DNA from: Haliotis rubra
Lineage: Eukaryota
Length of the DNA stretch: 64,000 bases
Assembly: GCF_003918875.1 (NCBI RefSeq)
Contig: NW_025767076.1
Location: forward strand, 682,001 to 746,000
Direction: 5' to 3'
Positions 1 through 13,800 of the stretch are shown here, one piece after another (the stretch's first letter is position 1; every line of letters starts with the position of its first letter). Both the position numbers and the translations under genes were made by a program. The notes beneath the pieces are model-generated. The model was given only the letters and a program-made list of their open reading frames with translations, searched no databases and was not told where the DNA came from.

Positions 1-845
1 GGTCTGAATGCACTCCCCTAGACACACTAGCTCTTAATGCACTCCCCTAGACACACCAGCTCTTAATGCACTTCCCTAGAGACACTAGCCGTTAATGCTC
101 TCCCCTAGACACACCAGCTCTTAATAAATGCTCTCCCTTGACACACCAGCTCTTAATGCACTCCCATGGACATACTAGCTCTTAATGCTCTCCCCTAGAT
201 ACACCAGCTCTTAATAAATGCTCTCCCCTAGACACACCAGCTCTTAATGCTTAATAAATGCTCTCCCTAGACACACCAGCTCTTAATGCTCTCCCCAAGA
301 CATACTAGCTCTTAATGCACCCCCCTAGACACACCAGCTCTTAACGCACTTCCCTAGAGACACTAGCCGTTAATGCTCTCCCCTAGACACACCAGCTCTT
401 AATAAATGCTCTCCCTTGACACGCCAGCTCTTAATGCACTCCCATGGACATACTAGCTCTTAATGCTCTCCCCTAGACACACCAGCTCTTTATGCACTCC
501 CATGGACATACTAGCTCTTTATGCACTCCCATGGACATACTAGCTCTTAATGCACACCCCTAGACACACCAGCTCTTAATAAATGCTCTCCCCTAGACAC
601 ACTAGCTCTTAATGCACTCCCCTAGACACAACAGCTCTTAATGCACTCCCCTAGACACACCAGCGCTTAACAAATGGACTCCCCTAGACACACCAGCTCT
701 TAATGCTCTCCCCTGGACATACTAGCTTGTAATGCTCTCCCCTAGAAACACTAGCTCTTAATGCACTCTCTAGAAGCACCAGCTCTTAATACTCTCCCCA
801 GACACACTAGCTCCTAATGCACTCCCCTAAACACACTAGCTCTGA
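1..845. repeat. Minisatellite, ~30-bp unit (cccctagacacaccagctcttaatgcact)
   Basis: Tandem copies visible, running off the window start. Confidence 0.95.
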
Positions 846-1172
846 ATACTCTCTGAGCAAACTGTGCACATCCACAGAAAACGTCCTGTCCGCTGGTCAT
901 GCACAAGGTGGCTAAGTATATTATACCCTGTCCAGAGCGTATATAGAGAATATCATAATATGATGTTCCCCGAGAGCAGCACACGAGGAATTCGCTGTTA
1001 GGCAGCACACAAGTCAATGCGCCATATTGAACGTGAAGCATCATGTATTGTCGTGTAAAACATTAATGAGATAAGGTTATGTATATATATGCCTGCATAA
1101 ATAATGTTAAAGTCCTGTCGTCTGACTGGATAGAATGTGCATATATTTACAACAAAACTGGTGAACGTTATA

Positions 1173-1319
1173 GTGAGTGAGTGAATATAGTTTTACACCG
1201 CTTTTAGCAATATTCCAGCAACATCACGTCGAGGGACACCAGAAAAGGGCTTCACACATTGTAACCAGGTGGGGAATCGAACCCGGGCCTTCGGCGTGAC
1301 GAGCGAACGCTTTAACCAC
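1173..1319 (-). mobile_element. tRNA-derived SINE (family B), 5'-truncated
   Basis: Reverse strand reads GTGGTTAAAGCG...GGTTCGATTCCCC (A/B-box-like) and ends in a (CACT)n tail. Homologous to 22822-22957 and 41980-42090. Confidence 0.85.
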
Positions 1320-1738
1320 GTTATAACATTATGACATAAGAATATAATGTATTATGCAATACATCAAGGTGTTATAACATTATGACATAAGAATAGAATA
1401 TATTGTGCAATACATTAAGATGTTATAACATTATGACATAAGAATAGAATGTATTGTGCAATACATACATTAAGATGTTAAGATAGTTATTGTGCAACAT
1501 TATGACATAAGAATAGAATTATTGTGCAACATCACGATGTTATAACATTATGACATAAGAACAGAATGTATTGTGCAACATTAAGATGTTATAACATTAT
1601 GACACAAGAATAGAATGTATTGTGCAACATTAAGATGTTATAACATTATGACACAAGAAAAGAATGTATTGTGCAACGTTAAGATGTTATAACATTATGA
1701 CATAAGAATAGAATTATTGTGCAACATTAAGATGTTAT
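1320..1738. repeat. Minisatellite, ~48-bp AT-rich unit (gttataacattatgacataagaatagaatgtattgtgcaacattaagat)
   Basis: About 8 tandem copies. Confidence 0.93.
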
Positions 1739-2079
1739 GGACAGCATGTTAGTCTAATTTTGTACCAGTGATGTCTTGAGGTGATGGCGAGAATAAATGG
1801 TGTTGCTTGAACGTAATGGTCGTATACACATACAAGGTCAGTCACAAACTATCTATATATGTAGAGAGTATATCCACTTTCTCAAAAGCGCTTCAGTTTA
1901 CACGTGTATATAAAGGCCTGCACACATAGGTGCATGTACGTAGTTCGCATCAACGTGGCCAGTTGTGGCCTGTCAGCGACAGTACAGACACCTACCTATA
2001 TACATCACGACGGTATACCGAGCACTTGCACACGCACGCACGCGCAGATTTTCAATATTGCATGTGTACGCATTGTCTG

Positions 2080-2490
2080 CGTAATTGCATGATGCGTAGT
2101 GCGTAGTGCGTAGTGAGTAGTGAGTATTACGTGTGCGTTGTGTCCAGTTCCATGTGTACATGTATAAAGGCAATGTGAGGCGTTAATCAAGTCTTTCTTT
2201 CTTGTGTGTGCAATGAAAACCACGTGACACTGGGAAACCCTTTGGGAATCCCTCTTCCGGCCTCCGTATAGCTGCGTGATGCGTATTCGTGCACTTTTTT
2301 TTAGCGTAAGCAATATCACGCACTACGCAGCACGCGTGCATGGGAACGGCTATTATTATTTCAGTATAGAGTGTTGTTCACGCACTACGCAGCTCGCGTG
2401 CATGGAAACGGCTATTACTATATTTTAGTATAAAGTGTTGTTTACGCACTACGCATCACGCACTACGCACAAATGGAAACCTGGCTTTAG
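2080..2490. mobile_element. Degenerate non-autonomous DNA transposon fragment with (gcgtagt)n / (cactacgca)n inverted subterminal repeats
   Basis: gcgtagt repeats at ~2094-2120 and complementary cactacgca repeats at 2320-2470, ending tggaaacctggctt. Left TIR not clearly found. Confidence 0.45.
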
Positions 2491-3502
2491 AATAAAACAA
2501 CGCTCGACAAATACACGATTAATTGTTGGCTTGACGTGTGGCTAGTGATATTAAAAGTGTCGATGACAGTGTGTAGTGTATATTCTATATAGCCAGAATT
2601 GAGTGTGTGCGCTCCTTTGTATTACCATGCACATGTATAGAGCGTTCATTCCACTGTGTAATTCGAATCAGCTATCCAGTGTCTCCTTCAGCTACGCGTC
2701 ATATCGCTCGGGGAATATAACACTACACTTGACGCGTATAGCTGTGTTCTCATTTAAAGTCGGGGCCAAAGATTTATAAGTCTTATTTACATGCATGTAT
2801 GACGAAATTCATACATATGACCTGGTGTCGGGGCGGGACACTAATGGCACCATCCGTCACAGTATGTAATGTATCTACATAATGTTTAATTCATCTGTCA
2901 CCGTCTACACCGCGTACACCCAGCTAAACCTCGGCGTGATTGCGGCTGCACTCGTCGTCTATCAAACGCTGGGCAAGCGAGCGTTCACGCGTTGTGGAAA
3001 CTGGTTGTTAATAAACACGTGTCCGTCACAGTATTTTGTCTCTTGGTGTTGAAGCGTGCACACACGGGTTGTGACTGATGGAGTACTTGTCGATACCCGT
3101 GATATGTCTCCCGGCACGAAGAAGTTGGTGCTACAACCCTGTTTATTATATTGTTCTAAAACCAGTGTGTTTCTTTCTAATTACCATCAATTATACATGG
3201 CAGTCTCGCGGGTTTGATTGACCTTTCTCCGTGGAAAAGAACAGGTACAATCGGCGCTCCAACACGTATCGCTTTGATGCGTGTGTATCGAGATCCGGGG
3301 CTCTATTAATAATTGATTATTATAGAACCGAAGATTTATATCACTGACAGAAACCGAGGGAACGCTAGATAAATGTCCTATTCCTGGACAATAAAAGTGA
3401 TATTTCTTTACTTGCCTTGGGTGCTTCAAGTAGAAACAAAATATTACAAACTAATTAATCCAGCAGTACACCAGTAGTAACCTTAGTTGTTTGTAAGTAC
3501 AT

Positions 3503-3901
3503 TACTGCCATATAGCTAGAATATTGCTGCCATATAGCTAGAATATTGCTGCCATATAGCTAGAATATTACTGCCATATAGCTAGAATATTGCTGCCATA
3601 TAGCTAGAATATTGCTGCCATATAGCTAGAATATTGCTGCCATATAGCTAGAATATTACTGCCATATAGCTAGAATATTGCTGCCATATAGCTAGAATAT
3701 TGCTGCCATATAGCTAGAATATTGCTGCCATATAGCTAGAATATTGCTGCCATATAGCTAGAATATTGCTGCCATATAGCTAGAATATTGCTGCCATATA
3801 GCTAGAATATTGCTGCCATATAGCTAGAATATTGCTGCCATATAGCTAGAATATTACTGCCATATAGCTAGAATATTGCTGCCATATAGCTAGAATATTG
3901 A
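3503..3901 (+). repeat. 22-bp minisatellite (gccatatagctagaatattgct) derived from a SINE 3' tail
   Basis: About 18 copies. The unit matches SINE family A 'gccatatagctggaatattgct' (23477-23498), and the array is followed by gagtgcggcc, as in the SINE. Confidence 0.92.
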
Positions 3902-4299
3902 TGAGTGCGGCCTTACAAACCCTCAAACCAATGTCAGTACAATATGGCTTAATTTGTTCTTAACACCCACTATTTATGAATATCTGACTGTAGACGGATG
4001 TAACCTACTAATTTACGAGGCTTGTTTCAGATATCTATGGGAGTTGTTTAAAGTCGGGCGGGGCCAACGAGATCTTACTTACATATCTACTTACTCCATC
4101 ACCCTCGACAACCATGTGTATGCATTGTGATGACACAAACAAGCGTTAGGAAGCTCAATTTAAAAAAAATTCCAAGTAAATATAGCATGTACAATATATA
4201 TTGTTTTAATCGGAATAGATCGGAAAACTTGATAGAACATCTGACAGAAACATGTTCGCTTTATTGTTTAAGGTTGTCTGTCTAAGGAGCTAAAAAATG

Positions 4300-4776
4300 T
4301 CTGGAAAAAGATGGTAGTCAAATTACGTGATGTCTGCAACTTGTAATCCCAAGACAAGACGTGAGATCAGATCAAAGAATCACCGCAAATATTTGATTGG
4401 TCAGCGGGGCTGGTATGGGAGTACCCACTTCCATAGCGGGGGTGGCCGGCACTTGTTGCCAGGTCCCATGTCAACAAATAAGACGCGCTGCGCTTTTTTA
4501 CCCTGGTTGAAAGGTCCTCAAGAGTATTGAAATAAACTGTAGGAGGTGTCTATGACACACTTAGATTCGATTCACATGCGCGGAATGTAGTGACGAGTCT
4601 GTAAATCACTTGTCACCCCCCACGATCTAACGGTACCACAGTTCGCCTTGATTTAACGAGCGAGCGTGGTGTGGCGGTAGGATGTAAACATTGCCAGTGT
4701 GTAGGGAGAGGGATATGGCCGGGAGTAGTGGACACGTGGGTCAGCTGGCTGGACATACTGGATACCTAGTGACATC
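4300..4776 (+). promoter_or_regulatory. Probable promoter/5' UTR of the smoothelin-like gene
   Basis: Directly upstream of the first ATG, visibly richer in CpG than the introns, reverse CCAAT (gattgg) near 4394 and a GC box (gggcgggg) near 4056. TSS not determinable. Confidence 0.45.
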
Positions 4777-4821
4777 ATGACAGAATATATCGGCAAGGAC
4801 GAGCACACCCTGCGTTCTCTT
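4777..4821 (+). CDS. SMTN: Smoothelin-like gene, first coding exon (MTEYIGKDEHTLRSL)
   Basis: ATG in gacATCATGa context, 15 codons, then a GTAAGT donor at 4822 (phase 0). Joined to 33809 it gives MTEYIGKDEHTLRSL|LDACTSFEERRKIRAAIRQLK, which resembles the vertebrate smoothelin N-terminus as recalled (DExxLRxLLExxxDxxERRxIRxAIRxL). The symbol means family-level similarity, not proven orthology. Confidence 0.85.
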
Positions 4822-6539
4822 GTAAGTTTATGTGTACACACTTCATATGCTCCGCCGAACAAGTTCACATGTTTCTATTGTTTAGGATGGACAACCTGCA
4901 GAAACATGTCGATCTCAAATAATCTTCCTAATAGATTTAAGAGCATTTCGCAATTGAAATAAAAGCTATAAACCTCGTGACAATGCGCCGACCTATATCC
5001 ATGCTGGTCTGACAGAATTATGTAGGCAGAAGACATAACCTGCCGCCTAATGACAGGACACTCTGCTGTCGGGCCGGCGTTACTCGGCAGTATATTTAGT
5101 GAATGGCATTGGCTGTAATATGTTTACACACGAGTGGGTACAGGCACTGCTTCAGTACAACAAACGATAACGATATGGAGAAATGAGCATTAAAATATTT
5201 GTACTGAATATATGCATTGTTTACATATTGTTTACTGATGATGTTTATCATATGGCGAAATATTGTCCTTTTTATGTGTATGACATTGTTGTGTATCCTT
5301 TGATGTGTACGACACAGTTTATTGTCAATGACATGTCAATAGCATTAAGGAAGTGCACAGACATATTCAGTATTTCTTTGTGTTAAAGTATTCATCATCC
5401 AAGGAAACAATGCACAGTGAATATTGTTACCTTTACTGTTGCGCCCATAAGATATGTGACAAATTACAGTTCCTATGCCTGAAGTCCAGACATCTTGGTC
5501 TAATGATGTGAATTACAATGTGTCAGGTAAACGCAACATTACATTTTATGTGTAATGTATGATGGTTGATTGTGTTTCAGTATTTGCTGGTAACGTAGGT
5601 AATTTGACACTGATCAATATTCATGATTTCTGGCATTAACAAAATATAGGCAAGTACTATCAACAGATGACAGCTTGAAATTACAACTCGGTGAAACCAA
5701 TGGAATATATTTTTGTGTCAACAGCACATTCATATTTGCCACCAAACTTGACTGCAGTATGAGTTTCTCAGATTAAATATTGAGATATGACAATTTGATA
5801 AGGTTAGCAAACATTCCTTGTTCAACAGAATAACTGCAAATACATTCTGATCAGGGAAACAAGATATTTGATATGGCATACTTTTGTGACACGCCTCTAT
5901 AATAATCATTATCATAATCATAATGTAGTGTTTAACGAGTAAATAATTCCGAAATGTGTCCCAACCTTTTTGTTCACTGTCATGTAATGAAGTTAATATA
6001 TGTGTCAGAGTGTGTTAATGGCTGTCCACAGCAAGCCGTGTGAAGGAAGAAAAACACTGCATGAATGTCGGGAATGAAAGATAAACATGGCCGTCATGAT
6101 TGAAATCAATAACACTTATCAGAGTCCCTTTTCTTGCAGGGTTACACAAACATATAGAAAATGTCTTGTGAGAAAAGTAATATCTACAAGTTTTATCGGC
6201 ATGTAATAAACCTTTAATCGATTATCTTATTTATCTTTTTCATTATTTGCTGTGAATACCTGAGCTTGCCTAGGCTTGATGTTTTATACCTGATGTTCAC
6301 AGTTGTCCAGGGAAGAGGGAAGGTACAGATTCAGTAACATATCTTTGTTAACATTTGTGTTGTGTGTATGGAGTACGAAGGTGTAGTAACCGAACAGGAG
6401 AGACTCCATACCTGTCTACCTTAGGACGAGAGGAACAAACAGGTGTTTTACAATAGTGGTATAGGTACATCTCGGGTGCGATGTTAGGTTCACGATGTAG
6501 TAGTAGAAGTAGTGATGGTAATAATAGTAGCGGCTGTAG

Positions 6540-6763
6540 TTGGTTGGTTTGTTGTTTAACTCTGCACTCAGCAATATTCCAGCTATATGGTGGCAGTCGG
6601 TAAATAATCGAGTTTGGCCCAGACAATCCAGTGATCAACAGCATGAGCATCAATCTACGCAATTGGGATACATTGACGTGTGTCAGCCAAGTCAGTGAGC
6701 CTGACCACCTGATTCCGTTAGTCGTTTCTTGTGACAAGCATGGGTTGCTGAAGACCAATTCTT
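6540..6763 (-). mobile_element. SINE-like interspersed repeat (family A)
   Basis: Reverse complement of the 23289-23530 element (cagcaatattccagctatatgg...gacaagcatgggtt). Confidence 0.88.
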
Positions 6764-7734
6764 GTAGTTGAAGGAGGAAACTAAAGTTTGTCCTTGAAGA
6801 CATCATGTTGAGTGTTCCAGTATTTGGTCTCCCCAGTGTCGGAGGTGTGTTGAGGGGGATGTACATACCATATACACAGTCTCTGACCAGAAAAACATAC
6901 ACACCTATCTATAAGTGTAGTTTGATGTTAAAGTTTATGATATATTAACAGAAAGTTACTTGAAGTATAATTTGTACTGGATTACATTTGTTGTTTACTA
7001 CTTTGTTTCCATGGTTACCACAGTGCTAAGTATCACTTACAAAGTAGAGTAGACTGAGATTGGCAGTGTTCAAGCAGGTTTACTGCACAGCATGTTGTGA
7101 AGTGAGCTCCTGAACATGTACAGGGTGGATCAAGTGGAGTTGTGTCATGTTTATGATAGTACAGCTGCATCACGGAGCTTTGTGGCATATTAGACACCAG
7201 CACCCTCTTAACCAAAATTTATGTTTCTTTTCATGTTTAACACTCAGCTGTGTGACAATGTCTTGTAGATAAATAAGTCTGGATCAGACAAGCTTGGGGT
7301 TGACATTATGAGCACTGATCCATGCAGTCAGGGTGTAAAGACACAGTGTCAACCAATATGCTAAGTTGGATCTCTATATGCATTAAGCTGCTTCTTCCGA
7401 CAAGCACAGTTTGCCAGAGACCTAACCCAGTGTTCCAGAGGGGATCACAGGTTATGACAACTTGAGATGAAATAGTCCCTTTCCTATCTGACATTTATGA
7501 AACTTTCTCATGTTTCTCTATTTGACTGTTTGCCATATAACCTGTCATAATATTCTATTCATTGCAAATAAGACCACCTTTGTTAAATCAAGTCAGGTAT
7601 GAACAACCAGGCTCTGTGATATGTTAAATCCACATTCACGTACATTAGGCCAGATACTTTTATAGTTGGTTCACCTTTCAGAGCATGAAGTCCTCATATG
7701 ATATTCGCAAGAATGACATGTGACAATTACTCTT

Positions 7735-7950
7735 TGGTTGGTTGAATGATTGACTGATTGAGCAATATTCCAGCTATATGGTGGTGGTCTGTAAATAATC
7801 AAGTCTGAACCAGGCAATCCAGTGATCAATAGCATGAGCATCATTCTACACATTTGGGATCTGATGACATGTACCAACCAAGCCAGCGAGCCTGACCACC
7901 TGTTCCTGTTAGTCGCCTCTTACGACAAGCATGGGTTACTGAAGACCAGT
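7735..7950 (-). mobile_element. SINE-like interspersed repeat (family A)
   Basis: Third copy. The shared pseudo-peptide LMLLITGL..IIYRPPPYSWNIA appears in the ORF track for all three copies. Confidence 0.88.
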
Positions 7951-8251
7951 ATTTACTCTTTGGATGCCTCCCTTCTAAAATGAGATCTAAAGAAAAAACA
8001 ACAAGATTAGATTCTGTTATTGCCACTGCATGATGTGTAAGTAATGATGATTAATATGTATGAATATCCTTATTCTAATGAAAGGTCAGTGATATATTTC
8101 TGTGTGTTTTGCTATAGTGAAGCATGGTTTATTTATATATTCATAGGACTAGGAGTATTAGTTTGTTAAAAAAGTAGAATTTGAAATAAAACCCCAGCTC
8201 TGCAACCACCTGCACTGAATTTGAGGTCAAACTATATTTCAAACCTTCTCA

Positions 8252-8577
8252 GGCCAGACCAATTTAATTTCTTGTTTTACGGATTTTTGTCCTCAGAAAA
8301 CCTAAAGGCAGGAGGGAAATAAATAAAAATATAATCACCAGTCAAAGTAATATTCCTTCTAAATACTCAAAGTATTTTACTTTTGGCAATTTATGAAGTG
8401 TATATTGGGCAAAAAACAATCTAAAAAAGAAATTTCTTGTAAGTTTACATTTGTGGCCAATAAAAACATTAGGATTTTATTTTTTTGAGCAGGGAAAATT
8501 CTTTTTTTTTTTTCTTCTTATTCTTGAAAAAATATGACAGGCGGATCCATAAAACAAGAAATAATATTGGTCTGGCC
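8252..8577. mobile_element. MITE, PIF/Harbinger-like
   Basis: ~33-bp imperfect TIRs (ggccagaccaatttaatttcttgttttacggat / atccataaaacaagaaataatattggtctggcc) with a 3-bp TCA duplication (8249-8251, 8578-8580). Confidence 0.8.
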
Positions 8578-9202
8578 TCATTATAAATAAGATGCTTCAC
8601 ATGCAGTGTTTTTACTAAATACTAGTATCTCATTTACTTGGTGTGTATTGCATGGTTTTATGTGTTGTAATATTTATTTCATCTCTGGAGCTGTCTAAAA
8701 CATTGTTTCATTAATGTACTTGTTAGGCTCCTTATAGACAGAGTGATGCCATGTTAGCATGATTAAAGTGTACAGTGCGTCACTTTCAGCTATACAAACA
8801 GTCCTATTTTAACCAGTATGTATACTTCAGTTACCATGACTACTGGCGTTAATCTGTAAGTCATGTATAATTTTCCGGTTTTGTGACAATCCATTTATTT
8901 CAAACTGATGACACCAGATACAGGAAATATTGCATGAAGCTGAACATTTGGGAAGATTGTGTAGAACACCTAACGTTATGTATATGCTAGCGATACAGGT
9001 TTAGATTCAGTCTAGTGTCTGCTGGGGAGGTGCACCTATGTCAGGGTACAGTACCTCTCCATGTCGCTGCTGATCAAGGCATTGTGTAGGAAACTGCCCC
9101 TGTACAAGCTTGTTGTCAAGTAGTGCAATTACCTTGTTCCTGGTTCAGTGGAACAACGGAAGGCAGCACTTCAATAGAATCAGATTGGGAGGATGTACTA
9201 CC

Positions 9203-10800
9203 ATAGTCGCTTCCATGCTGTATAGTTGAGGGATGGGCTACTATAGTCGCTTCCATGCTGTATAGTTGAGGGATGGGCTACTATAGTCGCTTCCATGCTG
9301 TATAGTTGAGGGATGGGCTACTATAGTCGCTTCCATGCTGTATAGTTGAGGGATGGGCTACTATAGTCGCTTCCATGCTGTATAGTTGAGGGATGGGCTA
9401 CTATAGTCGCTTCCATGCTGTATAGTTGAGGGATGGGCAGTAAGTCGCTTCCATGCTGTACAGTTGAGGGATGGGCTACTATAGTCGCTTCCATGCTGTA
9501 TAGTTGGGGGATGGGCAGTAAGTCGCTTCCATGCTGTATAGTTGAGGGATGGGCTACTATAGTCGCTTCCATGCTGTATAGTTGAGGGATGGGCTACTAT
9601 AGTCACCTCCATGCTGTATAGTTGAGGGATGGGCTACTATAGTCACCTTCATGCTGTATAGTTGAGGGATGGGTTACTATAGTCGCTTCCGTGCTGTATA
9701 GTTGAGGGATGGGCTACTATAGTCGCTTCCGTGCTGTATAGTTGAGGGATGGGCTACTATAGTCACCTCCATGCTGTATAGTTGAGGGATGGGCTACTAT
9801 AGTCACCTTCATGCTGTATAGTTGAGGGATGGGCTACTATAGTCACCTTCATGCTGTATAGTTGAGGGATGGGTTACTATAGTCGCTTCCATGCTGTATA
9901 GTTGAGGGATGGGCTACTATAGTCGCTTCCATGCTGTATAGTTGAGGGATGGGCTACTATAGTCACCTTCCATGCTGTATAGTTGAGGGATGGGCTACTA
10001 TAGTCACCTTCCATGCTGTATAGTTGAGGGATGGGTTACTATAGTCGCCTTCCGTGCTGTATAGTTGAGGGATGGGCTACTATAGTCGCTGAGGGATGGG
10101 CTACTATAGTCACTTCCATGCTGTATAGTTGAGGGATGGGCTACTATAGTCTTCCTCCATGCTGTATAGTTGAGGGATGGGCTACTATAGTCGCTTCCAT
10201 GCTGTATATAGTTGAGGGATGGGCTACTATAGTCACCTCCATGCTGTATAGTTGAGGGATGGGCTACTATAGTCACCTTCATGCTGTATAGTTGAGGGAT
10301 GGGCTACTATAGTCGCTTCCGTGCTGTATAGTTGAGGGATGGGCTACTATAGTCGCTTCCATGCTGTATAGTTGAGGGATGGGCTACTATAGTCGCTTCC
10401 ATGCTGTATAGTTGAGGGATGGGCTACTATAGTCGCTTCCATGCTGTATAGTTGAGGGATGGGCTACTATAGTCGCTTCCGTGCTGTATAGTTGAGGGAT
10501 GGGCTACTATAGTCACCTCCATGCTGTATAGTTGAGGGATGGGCTACTATAGTCGCTTCCATGCTGTATAGTTGAGGGATGGGCTACTATAGTCGCTTCC
10601 ATGCTGTATAGTTGAGGGATGGGCTACTATAGTCACTTCCATGCTGTATAGTTGAGGGATGGGCTACTATAGTCGCTTCCGTGCTGTATAGTTGAGGGAT
10701 GGGCAGTAAGTCGCTTCCGTGCTGTATAGTTGAGGGATGGGCTACTATAGTCGCTTTCATGCTGTATAGTTGAGGGATGGGCTACTATAGTCGCTTCCAT
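9203..10800. repeat. Minisatellite, 40-bp unit (actatagtcgcttccatgctgtatagttgagggatgggct)
   Basis: About 40 near-identical copies. Confidence 0.97.
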
Positions 10801-13800
10801 CATTGTATGTCTGTATTGTTAGTTAAGTGTCCTCACACTAAGGGTTGTGTGTATTGTATGTCTGTCTTGTTAGTTAAGTGTCCCAACACTATGGGTTGTG
10901 TGTATTGTATGTCTATCTTGTAAGTTAAGTGTCCTCACACTAAGGGTTGTGTGTATTGTATGTCTATCTTGTTAGTAAGTGTCCTCACACTGAGGGTTGT
11001 GTGTATTGTATGTCTATCTTGTTAGTAAGTGTCCTCACACTAAGGGTTGTGTACTGTATTGTATGTCTGTCTTGTTAGTAAGTGTCCTCACACTGAGGGT
11101 TGTGTGTATTGTATGTCTATCTTGTTAGTAAGTGTCCTCACACTGAGGGTTGTGTGTATTGTATGTCTATCTTGTTAGTAAGTGTCCTCACACTAAGGGT
11201 TGTGTGTATTGTATGTCTGTCTTGTTAGTTAAGTGTCCTCACACTAAGGGTTGTGTGTATTGTATGTCTATCTTGTTAGTAAGTGTCCTCACACTAAGGG
11301 TTGTGTGTATTGTATGTCTATCTTGTTAGTAAGTGTCCTCACACTAAGGGATGTGTGTATTGTATGTCTATCTTGTTAGTAAGTGTCCTCACACTAAGGG
11401 TTGTGTGTATTGTATGTCTATCTTGTTAGTAAGTGTCCTCACACTGAGGGTTGTGTACTGTATTGTATGTCTGTCTTGTTAGTAAGTGTCCTCACACTAA
11501 GGGTTGTGTGTATGTATTGTATGTCTGTCTTGTTAGTTAAGTGTCCTCACACTGAGGGTTGTGTATACTGTATTGTATGTCTGTCTTGTTAGTTAAGTGT
11601 CCTCACACTGAGGGTACTGTATTGTATGTCTGTCTTGTTAGTAAGTGTCCTCACACTGAGGGTTGTGTACTTGTATGTCTGTGTTATGTCTGTCTTGTTA
11701 GTAAGTGTCCTCACACTAAGGGTTGTGTGTGTATTGTATGTCTATCTTGTTAGTAAGTGTCCTCACACTAAGGGCTGTGTGTTAGTGTACAAGGGCTGTG
11801 CAAGGGTGTATGTCTGTCTTGTTAGTAAGTGTCCTCACACTAAGGGTTGTGTGTGTATTGTATGTCTGTCTTGTTAGTAAGTGTCCTCACACTAAGGGTT
11901 GTGTGTATTGTATGTCTGTCTTGTTAGTAAGTGTCCTCACACTGAGGGTTGTGTGTATTGTATGTCTGTCTTGTTAGTAAGTGTCCTCACACTGAGGGTT
12001 GTGTGTATTGTATGTCTGTCTTGTTAGTAAGTGTCCTCACACTGAGGGTTGTGTGTGTATTGTATGTCTGTCTTGTTAGTAAGTGTCCTCACACTGAGGG
12101 TTGTGTACTGTATTGTATGTCTGTCTTGTTAGTAAGTGTCCTCACACTGAGGGTTGTGTGTATTGTATGTCTGTCTCCTCACACTGAGGGTTGTGTGTAT
12201 TGTATGTCTGTCTTGTTAGTAAGTGTCCTCACACTGAGGGTTGTGTGTATTGTATGTCTGTCTTGTTAGTAAGTGTCCTCACACTGAGGGTTGTGTGTAT
12301 TGTATGTCTGTCTTGTTAGTAAGTGTCCTCACACTGAGGGTTGTGTACTGTATTGTATGTCTATCTTGTTAGTAAGTGTCCTCACACTGAGAGCTGTGTG
12401 TATTGTATGTCTGTCTTGTTAGTAAGTGTCCTCACACTAAGGGTTGTGTGTATTGTATGTCTGTCTTGTTAGTTAAGTGTCCTCACACTGAGGGTTGTGT
12501 ACTGTATTGTATGTCTGTCTTGTTAGTAAGTGTCCTCACACTAAGGGCTGTGTGTATTGTATGTCTGTCTTGTTAGTAAGTGTCCTCACACACTGAGGGT
12601 TGTGTACTGTATTGTATGTCTGTCTTGTTAGTAAGTGTCCTCACACTGAGGGTTGTGTGTATTGTATGTCTATCTTGTTAGTAAGTGTCCTCACACTAGG
12701 GGGTGTATGTGTCTTGTTAGTGTGTCCTCACACTGAGGGTGTATGTCTGTCTTGTTAGTAAGTGTCCTCACACTAAGGGGTTGTGTGTATTGTATGTCTG
12801 TCTTGTTAGTAAGTGTCCTCACACTGAGGGTTGTGTGTGTATTGTATGTCTGTCTTGTTAGTAAGTGTCCTCACACTGAGGGTTGTGTACTGTATTGTAT
12901 GTCTGTCTTGTTAGTAAGTGTCACACTGAGGGTTGTGTGTATTAATATGTCTGTCTTGTTAGTAAGTGTCCTCACACTGAGGGTTGTGTACTGTATTGTA
13001 TGTCTGTCTTGTTAGTAAGTGTCCTCACACTGAGGGTTGTGTGTATTGTATGTCTGTCTTGTTAGTAAGTGTCCTCCTCACACTGAGGGGTGTGTGTATT
13101 GTATGTCTGTCTTGTTAGTAAGTGTCCTCACACTGAGGGTTGTGTACTGTATTGTATGTCTGTCTTGTTAGTAAGTGTCCTCACACCGAGGGTTGTGTAC
13201 TGTCTGTCTTGTTAGCAAAGTCCGTCACTGATTGTATGTCTGTCTTGTTAGTAATGTGTCCTCACACACCAAGGGTTGTGTACCGTATTGTATGTCTGTC
13301 TTGTTAGTAAAGTGTCCCACACACACTGAGGGGTTGTGTAATGGCTGTATTGTATGTCTGTCTTGTTAGTAAAGTGTCCTCACACACTGTGTGGTATGTC
13401 TGTCTTGTTGTTGTGTGTATTGTATGTCTGTCTTGTTAGTAAGTGTCCTCACACTGAAGGGTTGTGTGTATTGTATGTGTACACTAAGGGTTGTGTCTGT
13501 CTTCTTGTTAGTAAGTGTCCTCACACTAAGGGTTGTGTGTGTATTGTATGTCTGTCTTGTTAGTAAGTGTCCTCACACTAAGGGTTGTGTATTGTATTGT
13601 ATGTCTGTCTTGTTAGTAAGTGTCCTCACACTAAGGGTTGTGTACTGTATTGTATGTCTGTCTTGTTAGTAAGTGTCCTCACACTGTTGTGTGTATTGTA
13701 TGTCTGTCTTGTTAGTAAGTGTCCTCCACACTAAGGGTTGTGTGTATTGTATGTCTGTCTTGTTAGTAAGTGTCCTCACACTGGGTTGTGTGTAGGTCTG

